From NCBI GenBank assembly GCA_023460995.1, contig JAEWOE010000002.1, forward strand, positions 77,809-141,808: a stretch of DNA of 64,000 bases, in the 5' to 3' direction. Shown here piece by piece: positions 58,163-64,000 of this stretch (the first letter of the stretch is position 1; each line of letters opens with the position of its first letter). Below the pieces are notes generated by a model. That model did no database searches, had not been told where the DNA came from, and worked only from the letters and a program-made list of their open reading frames with translations. Position numbers and translations under genes: made by a program. Source of the DNA: Bacillota bacterium. Lineage in GTDB: Bacteria; Bacillota_I; Bacilli_A; RF39; UBA660.

Positions 58163-60095
58163 AATTATAATCTACATATGAATCAAAATCGTATATTTCG
58201 CCATTTATCTTCATATACAAATAGTATTTACCAGATAAACCAACATCATTAATATATTTAGTTACTGTAATACCATCTTCTTCTTCTTCTTCAGTAAATA
58301 AGTCAACACATAATGCAGTATAAGGTTTTTTAGATATTATCATATTATAAGTTTTTTTACTAAAGACATTATCTAAAACAACATACACCTCATCACTTTT
58401 TAAAAATTTACCAGTTACAATTAATCTATCTTCTTCTTTAGTAAAAGATAAATTATATTTTTTTATTATATCTTTAGCATCTTTATTAAATAATAGTATT
58501 GTGTTATTTTTTACTGTTTCAGTTTCACCTAAAGTACCTAAATTAACACCCTTGTTTATAGAGTATGTATCATTAGCGTATAAAGATAACTTTTCAGCTC
58601 TATATGTATTAGTCGGAAGTTCCATTTTAAAGATCTGCTTATCGTTTAATAATTCTACAGTTGTACTTTTTAAAGTATCAAATTTTGTAAGTCCAGCAGG
58701 TTCGTTATTAATTTTACCTTCGTACTGGCTATTTCCTCCAGAACTTATTAAATAATGATCTTTGTTTATATAATCAACATCGGAAATATATGGAGAATAG
58801 AAACTACTTCCTAATTCTTTACCATACTCCCAAACTTCTTCAATTGTTTTTTTGTTAGTGTTTATATTAAATATAACACCACGACTATAATTATCGCTTG
58901 CTTCTACTTTATTATCATTAGTTTTACTTTTGTTATTACCATTATCGAAGACAAATACATCGCCGTTAGGTAATATCATTGCAGCATGCTGAGCATATTG
59001 CCAAGTGAACTTATCTTTTGTAGGAACAAAGAAATACTTTTCCATATCCTCATTCCAGTTAGTAGGATCACCAATTATCCAATTTATTTCTTCAGTACTA
59101 TAATCTATATTAACTATAGCGTCTTGATGTCTTCCAGATAATGTTATTGAATTTGTTTTTTCATCATACCATACAGAGTTATTATGAAACCAGTCATATT
59201 CGGTATAATAATCTTCATTAATACCTTGATCAATTGGGAGAATTTTACTTAAATCTATTGTTTTAATAATATCTCCAGTTTCACGGTCAATTTCAACTAT
59301 ATAGTCTTCAACAGTGCCATTTTCAAAATTATTACTTGCGACTAATAAATCACCATCAGGCATTTCATAAACGTCATGATGGTAGCCACCAGCTAAATTA
59401 TATTCATAATATATTTTACCAAGCAAATCTATTTCAACTAGTCCTGTCATATAGTATGGATTATTAATAAGTCTGTTTGAACTAAGCATAATATGACCAT
59501 TACTTAGTCTTTGTATATCCCAAACAAAGTTTTCATTTAAGTACCATCTTACATCACCATTTATATCATAAGCTGCTGTATATCCTTTAGAAGAAGGTGT
59601 TACAAAATACATTTCATTACTTAACTCTTCTTTATTTGCTTCAACCGTTGTTGGTAAAACAAAATCTTTAGGTAAGGCTTCTGTTTTAATACGAATTGTT
59701 TTTGACTCTCCATTAACAGTAAGTATTACTTCATTATCACTATCAGGATATAATCCATATACAGGTAGGTAATGAACCTTACCTGGTTTAAATGTGTTAG
59801 TTATAGTAGTATCTTCATCTTTTCCAACAACTTTTATTGTTGGTGTAGTTAAATCTTTTGTTTCAAAAATAATTAAAGCTGTAAGAGGAGAAATGTCGTA
59901 TGGGTCTAAAATAACTTTTGGATCTTCAAAAGTATAATTAGAACTTGCCAAAGAAGTTGCCTCTATCTCAGCTTGCTTTGTTAAAAGACTAGTTTCCTTA
60001 TTAACAGGATTAGCTTTTTCACAAAAATAATAAATATATATTGAACAAAGGCACGCAATTACAACAAGTAAAACAAACTTATATTTAGTTCTCAT
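58161..60095 (-). CDS. membrane-anchored arylsulfotransferase (ASST) family protein
   Basis: N-terminal TM anchor then beta-propeller-like domain with GGYHHDVYEMPDGDLLV and WFHNNSVWYD motifs reminiscent of the ASST family. Confidence 0.5.
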   Translation of the reverse strand: MRTKYKFVLLVVIACLCSIYIYYFCEKANPVNKETSLLTKQAEIEATSLASSNYTFEDPKVILDPYDISPLTALIIFETKDLTTPTIKVVGKDEDTTITNTFKPGKVHYLPVYGLYPDSDNEVILTVNGESKTIRIKTEALPKDFVLPTTVEANKEELSNEMYFVTPSSKGYTAAYDINGDVRWYLNENFVWDIQRLSNGHIMLSSNRLINNPYYMTGLVEIDLLGKIYYEYNLAGGYHHDVYEMPDGDLLVASNNFENGTVEDYIVEIDRETGDIIKTIDLSKILPIDQGINEDYYTEYDWFHNNSVWYDEKTNSITLSGRHQDAIVNIDYSTEEINWIIGDPTNWNEDMEKYFFVPTKDKFTWQYAQHAAMILPNGDVFVFDNGNNKSKTNDNKVEASDNYSRGVIFNINTNKKTIEEVWEYGKELGSSFYSPYISDVDYINKDHYLISSGGNSQYEGKINNEPAGLTKFDTLKSTTVELLNDKQIFKMELPTNTYRAEKLSLYANDTYSINKGVNLGTLGETETVKNNTILLFNKDAKDIIKKYNLSFTKEEDRLIVTGKFLKSDEVYVVLDNVFSKKTYNMIISKKPYTALCVDLFTEEEEEDGITVTKYINDVGLSGKYYLYMKINGEIYDFDSYVDYN

Positions 60096-60107
60096 AATGT
60101 CTCCAAT

Positions 60108-60656
60108 CTATATTAATCTAATTTCATTTTCTTTAAAGAAAGGTTTTTTAGGATTAATCCTATCATAAAATAAAATACCATCTAAGTGATCTATTTCATG
60201 CTGGAATGCTATTGATAAGTCTTCTCTAGCCCTTATTTTTATTGGATTACCATCTAAGTCTAAACCAGTAATTGTTGTTCTAGCAAATCTAGGAACATGG
60301 CCTTCAACTTCACGATTGACACTAAGACATCCTTCACCTGCATCAGCAGCTATTTTTTCTTCTGAATGACTTACTATTTTAGGATTAACTACTACATAAT
60401 TATCAAATTTGCCTTTTTGATATTCATTAACAATAACAATTAATCGCTTATTTATACCTACTTGAGGGAAAGCTAGTCCCATACCAGGTCTTAAATCATA
60501 TCTTTTTTCATATTCATCTATTTGACTGTATGTTAAGTGTTTGATCATCTGTTTTACTAATTCTTTTTCTTCTTCAGTAACAGGACCATCAAACGGTTTA
60601 CTCTTCATACGCAAATGTTTATCTTTTTCGTCTAATATTTTACATTTCACGAACAT
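60108..60656 (-). CDS. def: peptide deformylase
   Basis: GLAFPQVG, EGCLSV, HEIDHLDG motifs. Confidence 0.9.
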   Translation of the reverse strand: MFVKCKILDEKDKHLRMKSKPFDGPVTEEEKELVKQMIKHLTYSQIDEYEKRYDLRPGMGLAFPQVGINKRLIVIVNEYQKGKFDNYVVVNPKIVSHSEEKIAADAGEGCLSVNREVEGHVPRFARTTITGLDLDGNPIKIRAREDLSIAFQHEIDHLDGILFYDRINPKKPFFKENEIRLI

Positions 60657-60787
60657 AATTCATCACCACATATATATTCTATCATAAAAACGCCTAATTT
60701 AGTCAAAAATTAGATGCTTTTTTACACAAAGTACTTAGTTTACAACAAATTTTTAATATGATATAATGTCAAAGCAAAAGGAGTAAT

Positions 60788-61135
60788 ATGAGATATAAAA
60801 TGAAATTAAACTCAGGGGAGTTTTTAAGAATGAAAACAGGGGAAAAAACTTTAGAGTATCGTTTATATGATGAAAAAAGAAGAGAAATAAAGATTGGCGA
60901 TGAAATAGAATTTCTAAGGTTGCCATATCTTGATGAAACTATTTTAACAAAAGTAGATGAATTACATATTTATAAAACATGGTTAGAATGTTATAAAAAG
61001 TTTTTTAAAGAAGATTTAGTTAAATTTTATAAAAATACAAAAGAAGTAGTAGATGACACATATAATAAACTTTATTCAAAAGAAGAAGAACAAAAATATG
61101 GTTGCGTAGCTATAAGAATTAGAAGAGTAAAATAA
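60788..61135 (+). CDS. ASCH/DUF3850-like small protein
   Basis: MKLNSGEFLRMKTGEKTLEYRLYDEKRREIKIGDEIEF resembles ASCH beta-barrel N-terminus. AAAGGAG RBS. Confidence 0.4.
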   Translation: MRYKMKLNSGEFLRMKTGEKTLEYRLYDEKRREIKIGDEIEFLRLPYLDETILTKVDELHIYKTWLECYKKFFKEDLVKFYKNTKEVVDDTYNKLYSKEEEQKYGCVAIRIRRVK

Positions 61136-61158
61136 AAGAAGTCAAATGACTTCTTTTA
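61135..61158. terminator. bidirectional terminator
   Basis: AAAGAAGTCA-AAT-GACTTCTTT between convergent genes. Confidence 0.6.
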
Positions 61159-61326
61159 TTATTGAACCCAAGTTCTAGCTCCAATAATTATAACAAGTAA
61201 TATAAATAATACTAATACAATTGCAGCACCGTATCCTGTTCCGTAACCTGGACCGCCACCGCAGCAACCGCCGCCGTATCCTGGTTGACCACATCCGTAT
61301 CCTTGGTATCCACCATAATAATACAT
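61159..61326 (-). CDS. YjcZ-like tiny membrane protein (Gly/Tyr/Cys-rich N-terminus, hydrophobic C-terminus)
   Basis: Not in the ORF track. Minus-strand ORF MYYYGGYQGYGCGQPGYGGGCCGGGPGYGTGYGAAIVLVLFILLVIIIGARTWVQ with a perfect AAGGAGG RBS 6 nt upstream. Locally GC-rich; matches the sporulation-associated YjcZ family pattern. Confidence 0.6.
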   Translation of the reverse strand: MYYYGGYQGYGCGQPGYGGGCCGGGPGYGTGYGAAIVLVLFILLVIIIGARTWVQ

Positions 61327-61459
61327 ATAATAACCTCCTTCTAGTCTAATATATGATATTAGTTTAATGTAAAGTTGGTTATTAAAAACTCCTATTTTTT
61401 TGTTTTACATTTAAAAAAAATCATAATTATGCTATTATTATATGGTAAGGTGATAAAAT

Positions 61460-62650
61460 ATGAATACTGGAAGTGGCAAAAGCAACAAAAAACACATTAT
61501 AAGAGACATGGATAAACCACTATTAATAGTTACGGGTCTACTAATATTAATAGGCACATTAAGTATTGTTAGTGCATCAGCTAATGAATCAATATCAAGG
61601 TATAGTAATTCGTCTGTTTATTATTATTTTTATAGACATGCTTTTATGATTACAGCCGGGCTTACTGGTGCATTTATTATTCATAGATTACCAACAAAAT
61701 ATTATAAAATTATAGCTCCTGTTTTATGGATAGGCGTAGCTAGTTTATTAATAGGACTATTTATATATGGTAGTGTTCATCGTGGAGCATTAAACTGGAT
61801 TTCTATAGCTGGTATAAAAGTACAACCTAGTGAATTTGCTAAACCAGTTATTATTGTGATGCTTTCCTTACTTTTTGAAAAAATGAACAAGAAACTTACT
61901 AGTAGTGATTTCGTTCCGTGGATATATACTGCTTTATGGATAGCGGTAGGTATTATTATACCTGTTATAGTATTCTTTCAAGATGATTTAGGAACAGCAT
62001 CTATCATACTATTTATTAGTGGTTTTATGTATTTAGCTGGGCCACTTGATAGAAAAATTCGTAATAAACATATATTAATACTAGCCGCTGGAGCTATATT
62101 ATGTATTGGTTCTTATGGAATGGCTAAAGGAAAGATTTTTTCAACTGAACAAGTAGAAAGACTTACACAGTTTTATAATCCATGTAGTTATTATGATGAT
62201 AGTGGGTATCAAATATGCAACTGTTTTATAGCAATAAATGATGGTGGCCTAACAGGTCTTGGAATAGGCAAGAGTAAGCAAAAATATTCTTATATACCTG
62301 AAGCATATACTGACAGTATCTTTGCTATAATTGTTGAAGAAGATGGCTTAATTATTGGTCTTATCATACTAACTTTATTTGCGATACTAGTTTGTAGAAT
62401 TATTAATATTTCTAGAAAAGCTTCTACTATAAGAGGTAGATATATTGCTTTTGGTGTAGCAATATACTTTATGACTCACATGATATTTAATTTAGGTGGA
62501 TTACTTGGTATATTACCACTTACTGGAGTACCACTTCCACTAATAAGTTATGGTGGATCATTTACTGTATCTTTTCTAGCAGCTATTGCTTTAGTACAGA
62601 GAGTTAATATTGAAACAAAGAATCAAAGGATAAAAATTGACAAAATTTAG
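61460..62650 (+). CDS. SEDS-family peptidoglycan glycosyltransferase (FtsW/RodA/SpoVE)
   Basis: 10-TM protein with conserved SEFAKP and PLPLISYGGS motifs. Confidence 0.85.
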   Translation: MNTGSGKSNKKHIIRDMDKPLLIVTGLLILIGTLSIVSASANESISRYSNSSVYYYFYRHAFMITAGLTGAFIIHRLPTKYYKIIAPVLWIGVASLLIGLFIYGSVHRGALNWISIAGIKVQPSEFAKPVIIVMLSLLFEKMNKKLTSSDFVPWIYTALWIAVGIIIPVIVFFQDDLGTASIILFISGFMYLAGPLDRKIRNKHILILAAGAILCIGSYGMAKGKIFSTEQVERLTQFYNPCSYYDDSGYQICNCFIAINDGGLTGLGIGKSKQKYSYIPEAYTDSIFAIIVEEDGLIIGLIILTLFAILVCRIINISRKASTIRGRYIAFGVAIYFMTHMIFNLGGLLGILPLTGVPLPLISYGGSFTVSFLAAIALVQRVNIETKNQRIKIDKI

Positions 62651-62661
62651 CATATAACTAG

Positions 62662-62697
62662 AACCTAATCATATATTTTAGTATGATTAGGTTTTTA
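62662..62697 (+). terminator. rho-independent terminator
   Basis: AACCTAATCATA-loop-TATGATTAGGTT 12-bp stem then TTT. Confidence 0.6.
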
Positions 62698-62928
62698 ATT
62701 TGGTTACTGTTTGTCTTTATATTATATCTATGGTATAGAAAGTACAAATTTACTTGGTATTTTAATTACAGAGTTATTAATAAAAAATATAATCTAGTTA
62801 CAGTTGAGTTCTTATATTATGATAAAAGCAATATTATAAGAAAAGGAAAACTAGTTGTAGAAAAAATGGATAGTCAAGATATAATAAATATCTTACAAGA
62901 ATGCTTTATAGAGAAAATTTCTCTATAA
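62683..62928 (+). CDS. questionable small membrane ORF
   Basis: One TM helix, but the ATG lies inside the terminator stem and there is no RBS. Confidence 0.2.
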   Translation: MIRFLIWLLFVFILYLWYRKYKFTWYFNYRVINKKYNLVTVEFLYYDKSNIIRKGKLVVEKMDSQDIINILQECFIEKISL

Positions 62929-62973
62929 AAGGATATAAGTATCTTTTATATTATCATATTAATAGGTGATAAT

Positions 62974-63567
62974 ATGAAGGATATTTTTATTTATGCATTA
63001 ATAATAGTTAATTTACTTGTTTTAACAATAATAAATTATAAAAGTGATAACCAAACTAATTTAATAAGTGTTGAAGTTAAGGGGTATGTAAATGAACCGG
63101 GAGTATATGAAATTGAGGATGGTTCAGTAGTAAATGATTTAATTATTAAAGCTGGTGGACTTAGTAGTAATGCTGATATTAGTGTCATTAATCTAGCTAG
63201 AAATTTATCTGATGAAGATGTGGTAATTATATATTCTAATGAAGAAATTTCTGAAATGAAAGAGGGTAGTACTAGTGTAAAATACATTGACAAAGAGTGT
63301 GTATGCCCTGTTATAGATAATAGTGCTTTATTTGATAAAGTTATTACTAATGCTGAAGGAATAATTATAGATACAGGTAAAGTATCACTAAATAGCGCGA
63401 CTATAAAAGAACTGATGACTTTACCAGGAATAGGTGAGTCTAAAGCTAAGTTAATAATAGAATATCGTAATAACAATAAAGGATTTAAAGAGATAGAAGA
63501 AATAAAGAACGTTAAAGGAATAGGTAGTTCTATTTATGAAAAAATTAAAGATTATCTTACTCTTTAG
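62974..63567 (+). CDS. comEA: competence protein ComEA (SLBB plus helix-hairpin-helix DNA-binding domains)
   Basis: N-terminal TM anchor, VNEPGVYEIEDGSVVNDLIIKAGG SLBB, VSLNSATIKELMTLPGIGESKAKLIIEYR HhH. Confidence 0.85.
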   Translation: MKDIFIYALIIVNLLVLTIINYKSDNQTNLISVEVKGYVNEPGVYEIEDGSVVNDLIIKAGGLSSNADISVINLARNLSDEDVVIIYSNEEISEMKEGSTSVKYIDKECVCPVIDNSALFDKVITNAEGIIIDTGKVSLNSATIKELMTLPGIGESKAKLIIEYRNNNKGFKEIEEIKNVKGIGSSIYEKIKDYLTL

Positions 63568-64000
63568 TACTCTTATAATTACTTTTATTTATGTTTATTA
63601 TAAAAACAATAATATTGTTTCTTTGTATGATGAAAATGTAACAAGTATTGAAGGTATAGTTACAGATATAAATTATTTTGATGATAAAATAAGTTTTATT
63701 GTAAAAGATAAAGAAAACATTCTTGTTAATGATTATAATTTAATAAGCAATATAAAGTTAGGTGATTATATATTAGCAGAAGGTATTATGAAAAAACCTA
63801 AAACTAATACTAATTTTAACTTATTTAATTATAAAAACTATTTACTTAGTAAGAATATTCATTATACTTTTACTTTAGATAAGATAAGCGTGACTAGTAA
63901 TAGTAATTTATTTTATAAATTTAAAAATCTAATATTAAAAAGACTAGATAGTATTAATAATTCTTATTTATACACCCTTATTTTAGCCGATAATAGAATA
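63536..64000 (+). CDS. comEC: ComEC/Rec2 N-terminal region (partial, runs off window)
   Basis: Not in the ORF track (no stop). ATG 63536 overlapping comEA end. N-terminal TM then DUF4131-like domain (SIEGIVTD...ISFIVKDK...LGDYILAEG). Confidence 0.5.
   Translation, partial: MKKLKIILLFSTLIITFIYVYYKNNNIVSLYDENVTSIEGIVTDINYFDDKISFIVKDKENILVNDYNLISNIKLGDYILAEGIMKKPKTNTNFNLFNYKNYLLSKNIHYTFTLDKISVTSNSNLFYKFKNLILKRLDSINNSYLYTLILADNRI

Noticed and set aside
63036-63476. 146-aa minus-strand ORF
   Set aside because: Antisense to comEA, which has clear SLBB and HhH motifs; low-complexity S/L/I-rich translation typical of spurious antisense frames. The same reasoning applies to the other short minus-strand track ORFs (for example 222-431, 854-1057, 1553-2103, 10323-10636, 21009-21227, 23810-24037, 26059-26271, 28311-28508, 30283-30516, 37593-37787, 39969-40169, 43488-43709, 44583-44777, 46607-46801, 47659-47856, 50245-50926, 53992-54186, 58501-58755) and to the + strand track ORFs 34944-35150 and 54579-54767.
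1-64000. CRISPR arrays, rRNA/tRNA genes, riboswitches/T-boxes
   Set aside because: No regularly spaced direct repeats with unique spacers were seen. No tRNA-like or rRNA-like GC-rich segments occur in intergenic regions. No aminoacyl-tRNA synthetase or typical riboswitch-controlled genes are present. The only structured leader identified is the L21 leader.

Overview
This window is an AT-rich (about 27-30% GC) chromosomal segment from a low-GC Firmicute. It uses AGGTGA-type ribosome-binding sites (RBS) and Bacillus-like gene order. Almost all genes are on the + strand. Most are housekeeping: rpsU-yqeY, rpsB-tsf, ylbD/ylbE-like-rsmD, a pgsA-like gene, a large SH3b-glucosaminidase-Ig-domain cell-wall hydrolase, lspA-rluD, a rhomboid protease, xerC/D-like, tdk, ppdK, yigZ, uvrC, mutL, radC-mreC-mreD, a spoIVFA/spoIVFB-like pair, L21 leader-rplU-prp-rpmA, obg, murC, pfkB, a GntR(YtrA)-ABC operon, an arylsulfotransferase-like gene, def, ftsW/rodA-family and comEA-comEC. 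Parts of the window look accessory or unusual:
- (1) At about 45.6-54.4 kb there is a Flp/Tad-type (type IVc) pilus locus: a Flp pilin, two TadE-like pseudopilins, TadZ, TadA, a TadB fused to an Ig-like domain, and TadC. A divergent DUF192 gene sits upstream, murC is embedded in the locus, and two type IVa-style prepilins with GFTLxE N-termini follow it. A third GFTLxE prepilin fused to a BspA-like leucine-rich-repeat domain lies at 27.2 kb.
- (2) An Hpt-receiver (REC) fusion protein sits exactly in the spo0B slot between rpmA and obg.
- (3) rpsB carries a repeat-encoded N/D/R/S-rich linker and a Rho_N-like C-terminal domain.
- (4) At 4.7-8.3 kb there is a cluster with a Nudix/NrtR-like gene, a histidine phosphatase and an AAA_28-CYTH ATPase, and three copies of an ACAAGTGT operator-like box.
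- (5) A YjcZ-like tiny sporulation-family gene is absent from the ORF track.
No rRNA, tRNA, CRISPR array or clear mobile element was seen.
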